Source: Promethearchaeota archaeon (GTDB lineage Archaea; Asgardarchaeota; Lokiarchaeia; Sigyniarchaeales; SOKP01). Taken from it: a stretch of DNA of 64,000 bases. Under the pieces are notes generated by a model. The model ran no database searches and was not told where the DNA came from. It was given only the letters and a program-made list of their open reading frames with translations. Positions within the stretch are counted from its first letter, which is position 1. Each line of letters opens with the position of its first letter. The DNA lies in NCBI GenBank assembly GCA_048940925.1, contig JBHLOC010000001.1, positions 160,001 through 224,000 of the forward strand, read 5' to 3'. Made by a program: the position numbers and the translations under genes. Shown piece by piece: positions 48,674 to 58,828 of this stretch.

Positions 48674-49129
48674 TTAACCCGATTGACTCTTTCTTTTAGC
48701 GAACAACTCTTTAAGCTCACCCATAATTGCACCTCTTAGAGATACTGGGCTTGCGGGACGGTTTGGTGCTGGAGCCGACCCTGGACCTCCAGGTGGTGGC
48801 GGTGGGCCTCCAGGAGGGCCTCCTGGTGGACTGCTCAGCGGTGGACCCCCCGGTGGGGCACCTAATGCAGGTGATGATACAGTAGATGTTGCGGAGGTTA
48901 CTGGACCACCTGCTTTAAGTGATGTAAGATCATTATTTATAGTTGTTAATTGATTTTGCAGATTAGTTACCCTTGTATTGACAGTTTGAAGACTTTGATC
49001 GACTAAATCAGAGATTTTTAGCACAATTTGCATTATTTTTTCAACAATATCTCCAAAATCATTGAGTTTTTCCTCTAGCGGAGCTTTTCGAGTAGTCTCT
49101 AAGAAGGAAGCAAATTCTTCTGCACACAT
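48674..49129 (-). CDS. Coiled-coil + polyproline + C-terminal amphipathic helix protein (WAVE/WASH-like layout)
   Basis: Helical N-terminus with RVTNLQNQL; PPGGPPGGPPPPPGGP; SLRGAIMGELKELF. Confidence 0.75.
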   Translation of the reverse strand: MCAEEFASFLETTRKAPLEEKLNDFGDIVEKIMQIVLKISDLVDQSLQTVNTRVTNLQNQLTTINNDLTSLKAGGPVTSATSTVSSPALGAPPGGPPLSSPPGGPPGGPPPPPGGPGSAPAPNRPASPVSLRGAIMGELKELFAKRKSQSG

Positions 49130-49259
49130 ATTAATTCTTTTATATATTTTATTTTTAATGCTTTTCTAATAATTTAATAGTTTTTTATTTAATAAATTTA
49201 AGTTTAAACATAATGATTTTATTTAAATAATAACAGAAAAAAAGTAAGTATAATTCTAA

Positions 49260-49895
49260 CTAACTTAACTCATCAATAGAATCTTTTAATTTAAGCCATA
49301 AGGTATTTATTTCATCTCTTACTTCAATAAATTGTGTTATTTTTTTTATTAAGATATCACGGGCACGATCAAAATCTCGTTGAACATCATTTAACTCTTG
49401 GTCAAGAATGTTTAACTTATCTCCATCAATTAATTTATTTTTTGCTTTTTCAACATTTAAAGCTTTTTTTATTATTATTGATCTTTTACTCGCCAAATCA
49501 GATAGAGCATTGATAAATTCCTCTTTTTTTTCTACCAAATATTCTTTTTGAACAGCTATATCCTTAATTGAATTCAAATATTTATTATTAGCTTTAATAA
49601 ATTCATCATTTTTATGAATGATATCTTGATATAATTTAACTTCTTCATCTTTAATATTAGATCTATGTTCACGAGCTAAAGTTTGCATTTGTTTTAAAAC
49701 ATCTCTGAAGGTTCTATTTAGCATTTCTCTTGCATTATTTGTTTTAGTGATATGTTCCGCATATCTTTTTTGAGTACCAATTAAATTGATCTGTTCTTTA
49801 GCCAATTTTTTAAATTGAGACACTAATTCTTTTTCCATTTTAGCTAGTTCTAATTCATCTTCATGAGTAATAATAGGACTCATTATAAACCCCAT
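49260..49895 (-). CDS. All-helical protein, BAR-domain-like
   Basis: About 210 aa of three long helices; DKL..LDQE..VQRDFDRARDILIKKITQF resembles the third helix of SNX-BAR proteins. Confidence 0.55.
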   Translation of the reverse strand: MGFIMSPIITHEDELELAKMEKELVSQFKKLAKEQINLIGTQKRYAEHITKTNNAREMLNRTFRDVLKQMQTLAREHRSNIKDEEVKLYQDIIHKNDEFIKANNKYLNSIKDIAVQKEYLVEKKEEFINALSDLASKRSIIIKKALNVEKAKNKLIDGDKLNILDQELNDVQRDFDRARDILIKKITQFIEVRDEINTLWLKLKDSIDELS

Positions 49896-49975
49896 ATTTA
49901 TTAATTTTAAAGTTTTACTACTCTTACTAATATGAATGCTTATTTTGATTTAAATAAATTTATTAATATTTAAGT

Positions 49976-51010
49976 TTATACAGAGAAAAGTGAAGTTAAA
50001 ATATTATCTCTATAATTTGCTTTTATAATTTTAACCTTGATGTTTTTTCCAATTAATCTATTAGGATTAGATATTGATTTACTTAAAAGTATTTTCACCC
50101 CAAAATTATCATTTATTTTTCCAATAAATTCATTTTTCCAACGTCCTTTTGAGATCACAGTTAAATTTATCATTTCATTTTTTTCTAATTTTGTAGAAAT
50201 ATCACTTTTACGTCTATGAATACCAAAATCCTTTGGACCAAGTTTCAGTTTTATATTATATTTTTTTTCTAAATTGGTTAATTGAGTATAGAAATAAGCC
50301 CAACTTTTAGGTTGTATTTTTTTCAATTTTCTACCAGTTTTATAAATTAAATATTTTTGTATACCAATTTGAATTTTATTATCAGAATAACCTTTCTTTC
50401 TTAAATTAATTATAAACTTAATTACATCTTCGATATCTTGATCATTTTCTCCAGGAAACCAGACTGGAGCAATAAGTAAATCAATATTAGTATTCAATAG
50501 AAAATGTAAATTTTCTATGAGATTATTAATATTATAATCATGACAATTACTTAAATAACTGGATTTTTCTTGATTTAAAGAATTAAGACTAACATTTATT
50601 CGAGTTAAATGAACTCTTTCAAGATTTTCAATAACTTCTTTTTTTAGTAATAATCCATTTGTTTGCATTGAAATAATTTCAATTCCTTTTATTTTCCAGA
50701 GATAATCGATCAATTCAAACAATTTAGGATAAAGGAGAATTTCACCATAAGGAGCTAAATGAATTTCAATCTTGTATTTTCCTTTAATTTTAACTATTTC
50801 TTTTACTTTTTCTATTATATACTCTGGATCAACAATAAAATTAGTGAGATAATCTCCAGCTCTCACAAAACAGTATTTACATTTCAAATTACATAAAGTT
50901 AGAGGTTTGAGTTCAATAACATTTGTACCCCTATCAATAACGCCAATAAAATCTATGCCATATAAAGGGATTTGTGACTTTTTATCCACATAAATTATTT
51001 CAGGTTTCAT
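49976..51010 (-). CDS. Radical SAM protein with TRAM-like C-terminus
   Basis: CNLKCKYC, DRGTNVIE, MQTNG. Confidence 0.85.
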   Translation of the reverse strand: MKPEIIYVDKKSQIPLYGIDFIGVIDRGTNVIELKPLTLCNLKCKYCFVRAGDYLTNFIVDPEYIIEKVKEIVKIKGKYKIEIHLAPYGEILLYPKLFELIDYLWKIKGIEIISMQTNGLLLKKEVIENLERVHLTRINVSLNSLNQEKSSYLSNCHDYNINNLIENLHFLLNTNIDLLIAPVWFPGENDQDIEDVIKFIINLRKKGYSDNKIQIGIQKYLIYKTGRKLKKIQPKSWAYFYTQLTNLEKKYNIKLKLGPKDFGIHRRKSDISTKLEKNEMINLTVISKGRWKNEFIGKINDNFGVKILLSKSISNPNRLIGKNIKVKIIKANYRDNILTSLFSV

Positions 51011-52089
51011 ATCCTATCAAGCTTATATCGTAATATTCCTACTATTGATCCCAGATTTACTAATTGTTCTCCAGGGATATTTTCTGTACTCATGATGTTT
51101 ACTGAACCTCCAGAATTTTCCACATTGGTTATAATTTCTTCGATTTTCAGCTTTTGTTCCTTATCTGTACCTCGAATCAATATATCTGCTATTAAAAGAT
51201 GTTTAATTGCGCCTCGTTCTGATGCTTTTGAAACTTCGTTAAAACCAATAACCACTAAATCAGCGTCTTCCCCAAACTGAGAAAGAACCTTTTCAACTAG
51301 GTGTGCTTCTTGTAAAATTTTTGCTCTTTTTTTAATGGTAGCTAATTCTTTTGATTTTAAAGTCTCTATTATAGCACTTTCTGTTCCCGAACTTGCATGA
51401 AAAATTTTTATTTTGTTCTTATAAGTTGTAGTGGCTGAATTTTTTATATAATTAATAAAATGGTTTTTTGTATTTCCAGGTCCACATATTATTATCAAAT
51501 TTATATCATAAGTCTCTAATTTTTCTTTTAAAATTCTCTCTATATCTCTAAAAAACTCGATTAATGCCTTATTTCTATAGGTTTGTTTGTATCTTTTACC
51601 AGGAATATTCTTTTTTATAGTTGCAACCCTTTCATGTCGAAAGTTAGTTATAAGAGCTAATGTTGCTAACCCAGTTTCAATGGCAATAATAAAAATAATA
51701 AAATTGCTTTCAAATTTTGAGCTTTCTTTCAATCGTCTTATCTCATGATTTAACCACTTTTCTTTTATTATAGAAATTATATGGTTTGTTTCTATATTAA
51801 ATGTGTGATAAGTGCCGTAACTAACAAAATCTTCAGGACCTTCTAATATTCTTCCTTTTATTCTTAACCGATTTGAGAACTCATGAAAAGAAGTACTTTC
51901 AACTTTTAATTTTAATCTCATTATTTTACGATCTCCCTTAGTACCTTCTTTAAGAACAACTCTTCTTTGAGTTATAGATGAGACTTCGTCATCTTTACTA
52001 ATTACATTATATAGCGTCCACAAGTCGTTAAGACTTTCAGTTTGAACTGTAATTTCACTCCGTTTTTGATTGATACTTAAAATTTTCAA
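51007..52089 (-). CDS. pelA: mRNA surveillance protein pelota
   Basis: NDLWTLYN, FSNRLRIKG, YHT, IPGKR, GPG, GILRY. Confidence 0.93.
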   Translation of the reverse strand: MKILSINQKRSEITVQTESLNDLWTLYNVISKDDEVSSITQRRVVLKEGTKGDRKIMRLKLKVESTSFHEFSNRLRIKGRILEGPEDFVSYGTYHTFNIETNHIISIIKEKWLNHEIRRLKESSKFESNFIIFIIAIETGLATLALITNFRHERVATIKKNIPGKRYKQTYRNKALIEFFRDIERILKEKLETYDINLIIICGPGNTKNHFINYIKNSATTTYKNKIKIFHASSGTESAIIETLKSKELATIKKRAKILQEAHLVEKVLSQFGEDADLVVIGFNEVSKASERGAIKHLLIADILIRGTDKEQKLKIEEIITNVENSGGSVNIMSTENIPGEQLVNLGSIVGILRYKLDRI

Positions 52090-52230
52090 AACTTGAATCT
52101 AACTCTTAAGGAGATACTTTTACTTAAAATTAATATACAGTATAAGATAAGCTTAATTTTATATTAAATCCATAAAAAATAAATTAAAATAAATAAAAAA
52201 AGAGAAACATAATCATTAAAAACAAAATTT

Positions 52231-52386
52231 TTAGTCTTTTGCCCCTAAAGCTTCTTTAACTTTCTCTAATTCTTCCATGCGTTTCTTCTTCTCTTCCTCT
52301 CTCTTTCTTAGCTCTTCTTCATCAACTTTCTGAAGTGAAACACCTTTTTTAATTTCATCTTGAAGTTCTTTATCTATTGGAGTCAT
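52231..52386 (-). CDS. Unannotated 51-aa WH2-like peptide
   Basis: MTPIDKELQDEIKKGVSLQKVDEEELRKREEEKKKRMEELEKVKEALGAKD; ATG..TAA, GGTG upstream, T-tract downstream. Confidence 0.75.
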   Translation of the reverse strand: MTPIDKELQDEIKKGVSLQKVDEEELRKREEEKKKRMEELEKVKEALGAKD

Positions 52387-52460
52387 TTTAATTTAACACC
52401 ATTTCTTTTATATTAATGTAAAAAAATTAATTTTAATACTTACAGTTATTATAATAGAAT

Positions 52461-52937
52461 TTATTTATAAGTTTTAGTTTGTAGAGAGACCATATTCAAT
52501 TCCATTAAAAATGCAGATTCTCCCGATTGATAATAATTTTCTAATATTTCTGGATTTTTTTTGAATTTAAATTTTTCATACAATTTAATCGCAATGTTAT
52601 TATTAACTTGAACGTTTAAAATTACTTTTGTTATTTCATTTAATTTTCTTATATATTCTATTGCTTTTTGTAGAAGCAATGTCCCGTATCCTCTTTTTTG
52701 AAAATCTGGATTAATGAGAAAGTTAACTATATTCGCTTTGTCTTTATTTTCTTTTATAACAACAATAAAACCGACTATTTTCTTTCTAAATTTACCGATC
52801 ACTAATTTTAGAAACAAAAAATTATTAGATATCAAATTGCTCAATAAATCCTTAGAAAAGGCATTTACTCCAAACACACTTTGTTCAAGCTGATATATCT
52901 TCTTTAAATCCCGAAATTTCACCTTTCTAATTTTCAT
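52461..52937 (-). CDS. rimI: RimI-like GNAT N-acetyltransferase
   Basis: FQKRGYGTLLL, NNIAIKLYEK, NYY..GESAFLM. Confidence 0.85.
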   Translation of the reverse strand: MKIRKVKFRDLKKIYQLEQSVFGVNAFSKDLLSNLISNNFLFLKLVIGKFRKKIVGFIVVIKENKDKANIVNFLINPDFQKRGYGTLLLQKAIEYIRKLNEITKVILNVQVNNNIAIKLYEKFKFKKNPEILENYYQSGESAFLMELNMVSLQTKTYK

Positions 52938-54079
52938 TAAATCCCAAATTCTTTTTTAAAAAGTTTTATTGGAGTTTTTTCTGTTATTTGTTGATAAATT
53001 GGATTTCGAAAAGGAGTCATTTCTATAATAAAACCCTTTAATTGAAACTTATCAATTAAGGATGTTATTTTCCTATTGATTGAAACATATAAGGGAATTT
53101 TTATAATATCACCTGTAAAGTTTATTAAATCCTTTTTAATTTTAAATTCTGATAACAAAATGTTATAAAATTCGTTTAATTTTTCATTTTCACCCTCAAT
53201 TTGAGCAAATAATAACAATCCTTCATTACTAATCACTTCAAGGGGCAATTTAATGTTTTTAGCTCTTTTGATATATCTATTTTTTAATTGATAATAGTCT
53301 TTTGCTCTGATTGAGCAGTAATGTATTTTTAAAGAGACTTTTGAACTTAACTTATTCAGAATATTAAGAGCAGTTTCATTGCTATTAACTACAGATGCTA
53401 TTGTTCCTTCTTTTAAAGTAAAACCTCGAGCTTTTAATGACCAACTGTTAGGAAAACAATATTCAAATTCATTTAAATTAATGAAGCTAACACCAATATT
53501 ATCTAAATAAAGTACAAATTCTTCGAGATTTTTTATGTTATCTTCACTTGGAATAACAGGAACTTCTGCACCAACAGATATACCTCTATCTAATGCTTTT
53601 TCTATTTTTGACCATCGATCTTTAGGGGGATGGAATCTTATTTCATCTAAACCTGCAGCAACGAGAAGTTCGACAATTTTATCATTGAAATTAATCCCGT
53701 TTGTATAGAGATGAATATGAAATTTCTTGCCAAATTCAGATTTAGTAAATTTAATATAGTTAAGGGTTTTATCTATATTCGAATCTAAAAGTGGTTCACC
53801 CCCAGTAATACTCATCCCTTTAGCATCGACCTTGTAAACTTCTTCTAATAAATCCTCTTTAGAATTAATCTTTACTTCATTGATAAAAGTTATATCCATA
53901 TCTCTCCTTTCTCTCGAAATAGGACAATACCATGAACAATGATCTGGTTTTTGACAAATACCATTTAGAAATAATACTGCTTTTGCACCTTGTAAGCAAT
54001 ATTTACAACCTTTAGGTATTCCTCTTCCCTTAATGAAAAATGTCTTTTCTTTAGATTCTATAATTTTGGATTTTCTCAT
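52937..54079 (-). CDS. Radical SAM protein (archaeal conserved)
   Basis: GCKYC, C..C..YCP, ITGGEPL, HLYT, EIRFHP. Confidence 0.85.
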   Translation of the reverse strand: MRKSKIIESKEKTFFIKGRGIPKGCKYCLQGAKAVLFLNGICQKPDHCSWYCPISRERRDMDITFINEVKINSKEDLLEEVYKVDAKGMSITGGEPLLDSNIDKTLNYIKFTKSEFGKKFHIHLYTNGINFNDKIVELLVAAGLDEIRFHPPKDRWSKIEKALDRGISVGAEVPVIPSEDNIKNLEEFVLYLDNIGVSFINLNEFEYCFPNSWSLKARGFTLKEGTIASVVNSNETALNILNKLSSKVSLKIHYCSIRAKDYYQLKNRYIKRAKNIKLPLEVISNEGLLLFAQIEGENEKLNEFYNILLSEFKIKKDLINFTGDIIKIPLYVSINRKITSLIDKFQLKGFIIEMTPFRNPIYQQITEKTPIKLFKKEFGI

Positions 54080-54783
54080 ATTTTAAATAATTTTTTTCTT
54101 ACAATAGATTTCTGTTTAGCTAGTTTTTTAATCGCATCTTCAGTTGACTCATTTATTTGGATCTGCCTTTTTAAAAAAACTCCTGTTCTCCCATGCTTAT
54201 TTCTTCTAACTAATACTTTTTTACGCTCATTTATAGTATTAATACTGATTCCCACTTCTTTTGCCGCAAGGGCTTCATTTCCAATGATAGAAATTTCCTC
54301 ATGTCCTTTAATGCTTGGTTTGATTAAAACTAATCTCTTATCTATACCTGGGACTCTGATATCTAATTTAAGTTGATTAAAATTTATCTTCCCTCCAAAA
54401 TCATAAAATTCTATGTAATTTTTGTCCGGTTTAGACAACGGAATAGTTATAGACTCTAACTCGCTTAAATGAATATACAATTTTATTGTATCGAGAGGGG
54501 TTGCCATGATTATTTCTTTAAAATACTTTTCATAACCATATTTATTCAAAAGAATTTCAATTTTAAAAGATGGGATCTTTCGAAGAAAAATTACATCAAA
54601 ATCACTTGATTCATTTACATCTCCACGTGCAATACTTCCATGAATAAATGGATTGAAGCCTTCTTTAACAAAAATTTCTAATAAAGATATTGCTTCAGTT
54701 CTTTTTCTTTTTAATACAGACCAGTCATCATTCGTATATATTATATCACTGTAATGTTCTCTTAAGATTTTCTTGCTTGTCAT
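54076..54783 (-). CDS. Nucleotidyltransferase domain protein
   Basis: HGSIARGDV..SDFD, FYDFGG, RVPGIDKRL, GRTGVF. Confidence 0.85.
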   Translation of the reverse strand: MTSKKILREHYSDIIYTNDDWSVLKRKRTEAISLLEIFVKEGFNPFIHGSIARGDVNESSDFDVIFLRKIPSFKIEILLNKYGYEKYFKEIIMATPLDTIKLYIHLSELESITIPLSKPDKNYIEFYDFGGKINFNQLKLDIRVPGIDKRLVLIKPSIKGHEEISIIGNEALAAKEVGISINTINERKKVLVRRNKHGRTGVFLKRQIQINESTEDAIKKLAKQKSIVRKKLFKI

Positions 54784-54793
54784 TAATGAATAT

Positions 54794-55630
54794 TCAATTT
54801 TTATAATTGTTTAAATTATCTTCTATTAAATCTATAATTATACCTAAAAGAAGAGTTTCATAATATTTAAAAGATCTATTGGCTTTCTCTAATATTATTA
54901 CTTTTGGTTTATCTGTTCTTCTTTTTTTAAGTTCTCGCTGAAAAATCTTTAGATTTTTGTTTTTAAAAAGAAAAATAGAATTTTTACTAAAAACAATAGA
55001 TAATTGGTGATTGGGAGTTGATCGATCAAACAAATTTTGATAATGATTGATATTAAAGATATTCACTTTTGGATTGATCAATATTATTCCTAAGTTTTTT
55101 ACATCAGCGAGAAAACGATGATAAGAAAATGAAGAATTATAGTAATTTAGCATAATAAAATTAGATTGAGTTATAAGATTCTTATTTTGAAAGTAATTGA
55201 TAATTTTGATTATAAATGAATTCATTTCCTCAGATATGATATTATTTAAAAGATTGTACTTTTTATTACGTTTAATTTTTATTTCTATATTAATTACATT
55301 GAATCCATAGCTACATAAGCCTTCATTCAAGATATTGACAAGCTTTTTTTTAAAATTAGTTCTTAAAATTAAGATAAGAGGAAGTTTGCTAGTTTCTTTC
55401 CTTCTAGAACAATTTTTAATTAAATAGCTATATTTCCTTTTAATTAACTGATTTTTGTTATTCTCAATTACTTCTGGAAAAGCATAGTATTCTAATGCTT
55501 CATTAGAGAAACTTAAACGCCATCGATGAGTTGATTTGAATATTTTTACACCTATTAGAAGTAAGAATAATAAAACAATTATAACTGTATCAATAAAAAT
55601 CCAATCTATTTGAAAAACATCACTTACCAT
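54794..55630 (-). CDS. Membrane-anchored hypothetical protein (degenerate alpha/beta-hydrolase-like)
   Basis: N-terminal TM helix; GIILINP. Confidence 0.55.
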   Translation of the reverse strand: MVSDVFQIDWIFIDTVIIVLLFLLLIGVKIFKSTHRWRLSFSNEALEYYAFPEVIENNKNQLIKRKYSYLIKNCSRRKETSKLPLILILRTNFKKKLVNILNEGLCSYGFNVINIEIKIKRNKKYNLLNNIISEEMNSFIIKIINYFQNKNLITQSNFIMLNYYNSSFSYHRFLADVKNLGIILINPKVNIFNINHYQNLFDRSTPNHQLSIVFSKNSIFLFKNKNLKIFQRELKKRRTDKPKVIILEKANRSFKYYETLLLGIIIDLIEDNLNNYKN

Positions 55631-55654
55631 GATTATAAATAAATAATTTTTAAT

Positions 55655-55969
55655 TCAATCAACAACATCTTTAATCCAATTTAAATATTTCAACGATCCT
55701 TTTTCAATTTTTAGACCAATGCATTCAGGATTCTCATAGGAATGAATTTTGGTAATTTTTTGAATTAATAAGTCACTCTTCTCTTCTGTGGTTTTAATCA
55801 GTAATAAATGCTCATTATCCTCCTCAATTTCTCCCTTCCATCTATATATTGAATATATGTTTTTAATAATGTTTACACAAGCCACAAGTTTGCTTTCTAC
55901 TAATTTCCTTGCAATTTTCTGCCCTTCATCAATATTTGGAACAGTTACTAAGAAAAGATAATATATCAT
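55655..55969 (-). CDS. cutA: Divalent cation tolerance protein CutA
   Basis: LVACVN, SIYRWKG, HSYENPE. Confidence 0.93.
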   Translation of the reverse strand: MIYYLFLVTVPNIDEGQKIARKLVESKLVACVNIIKNIYSIYRWKGEIEEDNEHLLLIKTTEEKSDLLIQKITKIHSYENPECIGLKIEKGSLKYLNWIKDVVD

Positions 55970-56061
55970 GGTAGATTTTTATTATATTTTTAGTTCAGAT
56001 TAATACATTAGTTGATGTCAATTTATATAAAAGTTATTTCATTTTAAACTTAAAAATTCTT

Positions 56062-58728
56062 TTGTATTTTTATTCTACTTTTTTAGTTTTGGTGAGAAAA
56101 TTGGTAAAAGTCGAAAAAATTTCATTAGCTGGATATTGGGAACTAAAAAATTCTGAAAAAACAGTTAAAATAGATGCTCAAGTACCTGGAACTGTTTTTG
56201 AAGCATTACTTGAAAATAATATAATAGAAGATCCTTTTTATGGTGAGAATGAGCATGAGATGAGATGGGTTTATGAATCTAATTGGATATATGAAAAAGA
56301 ATTCAACTTAGATCCAGAATTTTTAGAATATAAGCATATCATATTACGGTTCAATGGTTTAGACACTATAGCAGAGGTGAAGTTAAATGGTGAATCTATT
56401 GGTTCTGTTAATAACATGTTTGTCAGATATGATTTTGAGGTGAAATCTAAATTAATACAATCAGTAAATAAAATACTAATCAATTTTATGAGTCCTACTG
56501 TAATAAGTCGTGAATATATAGATAAAAATAAGATAAAATTAAACACAGGTTACGCAACAATCCCAGGAATTCCTTATTTGAGGAAAGCGCAGTATTCTTT
56601 TGGTTGGGACTGGGGACCGAAATTACCAGATATCGGAATATGGAAAACAGTTGACTTAATAGCATTTGATGATATTAAAATCAATTCAGTTTTTCCCTAT
56701 GCACATCTCGAATATAATAAAGATCCATTGAATATTAGTGATCCTGCTGAATTTTCTAAGATTCAAGTAAAATCGGCAAAATTATTCATAGAAATTAATT
56801 TAGCAACAAATGTTGAATCTATTCGCGGAATTGGGTGTAAAATTAAGGCAAAATTAATCACACCAAAGGATGAAATTATTGTAAAGGAAATCCCTCTGAG
56901 TGAGAAAAAGGAAACACTCAGCTTTGAAATTAAAAATCCTTTCCTATGGTGGACACACGATCTTGGTATTCCAAATCTTTATATACTGGAAGTTTCAATC
57001 TTAAAAAATGGAGTTTTAGAAAAGATAACTCAAAAGATAGGATTACGAGATGTTCAACTTATTAGAAAATCTGATAAGTGGGGAGAAACTTTCTATTTTC
57101 TTCTAAACGGAATTCCTGTCTTTGCGAAGGGTGCAAATTGGATTCCTATAGATAGTTTTATCCCAAGAGGTAAAAAGCTAAAGCTTTATTCTATGAATTT
57201 AAATTTTGCTAAGAAAGTTAATATGAACATGATTCGTGTTTGGGGTGGGGGAATTTATGAGGATGAGTCTTTTTATGACTTGTGCGATGAATTGGGTATT
57301 TTAGTATGGCAAGATTTCCCATTTGCTTGTGCGATTTATCCATTTAATGAGGACTTTATTGAGAACGTTGAAAATGAGTTAATTCAAAATATAAAGAGGC
57401 TAAGAAGACATCCTAGTATTGCTTTATGGTGTGGTAATAATGAGATTGAATGGGGTTGGAGACGATATATAAAGAATTCAGGGCTTGCAAAAAATAAAAG
57501 AGAAAAAACTCATTTTTTAAAAAATTTTTATTTAAGAATATTTGAAGAGATTTTACCTCAATTAATTAAGAAATTTGACCCAACTCGCCCTTATTGGCCT
57601 AGTTCACCATCAAGTGGGTTCAACACTGAAAATTTTTTATTAAGGAATTCAAATAATCCCAATGCCGGAGATTCACACTACTGGGCAGTATGGCATGGAA
57701 ATATGCCATTCTCTGCATATAGAGAGTTTAACTCTCGTTTTATGTCCGAATTTGGCTTTGAATCTTTTCCTTCTTTGAAAACTATTCAAAAATTTTGTCC
57801 ATTTGATCAATATGATTTTGACTCCCCAATTATGGAGAACCATCAGAAAAACTCAGCTGGCAATCAGAAAATAATGGATTATATGGATAAGCGTTTTTCT
57901 ATCCCACAAGAATTTGAACATCAAATAATCTTGTCACAAATTACTCAAGCAGAAGCAATAGAATATGGTGTTGAACATTGGAGACAAAATCGTACTGACT
58001 ATCATTGTATGGGATCTCTTTATTGGCAACTTAATGATTGTTGGCCTGTTGTTAGTTGGTCCTCACTTGATTATTATGGGAGATGGAAAGCTCTTCAATA
58101 TTTTGCAAAAAGGTTTTATCAACCAATTTTCGCTAGTGTAAAAGAGTCTCCTCATGAAATTGAATTTTGGGTGACAAATGATTTAAGAAGGTCTTACGAT
58201 ATTCAGTTAGACTGGAAAATTCTTAATTCGGAGGGAAATACACTTATGAAAGGAATTTATGATTCTAAAATTTCTCCTTGTACTTCTTTAAAACTAGGAT
58301 TAGAGGATGTTAGTAATATTAACAAAGATCAATTTAGCATGCAAAATAATATTATCTTCTATAAATTATATTCTATGAATGGAAAGAAAATATTAATATA
58401 CAGAGGATTTCGTTTATTTGATGCACCGAAATTCTTTATTTTAAGAGATCCAGAAATATCAATGACTTTTAAATATATTAAAGAAGAAAAGAATAAGAAA
58501 CTTCAATTTAAAATAAAATTAAAAGTTAAGTGTATTGCTTTATATGTCTATATTGACTCTGATTTAGTTGATTTTATAGCCTCTGATAACTTTTTTTCTA
58601 TGGAACCTAATGAAACTAGAGATATAGATGTTGAAATCGTAAGTGGTCTTGAAACAGTTAGTAATCATTCGAAACAGGATATTATAAAATCTTTCAAGAT
58701 TCAATCTCTTTATGATATTATTAAATAA
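56062..58728 (+). CDS. Glycoside hydrolase family 2, beta-mannosidase
   Basis: RKAQYSFGWDWGP, KGANWIP, RVWGGG, WQDF, WCGNNE, SEFG, WQLNDCWP; real start probably near 56101. Confidence 0.92.
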   Translation: MYFYSTFLVLVRKLVKVEKISLAGYWELKNSEKTVKIDAQVPGTVFEALLENNIIEDPFYGENEHEMRWVYESNWIYEKEFNLDPEFLEYKHIILRFNGLDTIAEVKLNGESIGSVNNMFVRYDFEVKSKLIQSVNKILINFMSPTVISREYIDKNKIKLNTGYATIPGIPYLRKAQYSFGWDWGPKLPDIGIWKTVDLIAFDDIKINSVFPYAHLEYNKDPLNISDPAEFSKIQVKSAKLFIEINLATNVESIRGIGCKIKAKLITPKDEIIVKEIPLSEKKETLSFEIKNPFLWWTHDLGIPNLYILEVSILKNGVLEKITQKIGLRDVQLIRKSDKWGETFYFLLNGIPVFAKGANWIPIDSFIPRGKKLKLYSMNLNFAKKVNMNMIRVWGGGIYEDESFYDLCDELGILVWQDFPFACAIYPFNEDFIENVENELIQNIKRLRRHPSIALWCGNNEIEWGWRRYIKNSGLAKNKREKTHFLKNFYLRIFEEILPQLIKKFDPTRPYWPSSPSSGFNTENFLLRNSNNPNAGDSHYWAVWHGNMPFSAYREFNSRFMSEFGFESFPSLKTIQKFCPFDQYDFDSPIMENHQKNSAGNQKIMDYMDKRFSIPQEFEHQIILSQITQAEAIEYGVEHWRQNRTDYHCMGSLYWQLNDCWPVVSWSSLDYYGRWKALQYFAKRFYQPIFASVKESPHEIEFWVTNDLRRSYDIQLDWKILNSEGNTLMKGIYDSKISPCTSLKLGLEDVSNINKDQFSMQNNIIFYKLYSMNGKKILIYRGFRLFDAPKFFILRDPEISMTFKYIKEEKNKKLQFKIKLKVKCIALYVYIDSDLVDFIASDNFFSMEPNETRDIDVEIVSGLETVSNHSKQDIIKSFKIQSLYDIIK

Positions 58729-58828
58729 ATTTCATTTTTTTAGTGTTCATGAAGAGATTTAAATTATCATAATCTTATTAAATATACATTAAGAATAAAG
58801 TTATAAAATTAGTGTCGAGGTTTTATAT

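Noticed and set aside
48750-48910. GC-rich patch considered as a structured RNA or foreign DNA
   Set aside because: Fully explained by the Pro/Gly codons of the polyproline protein
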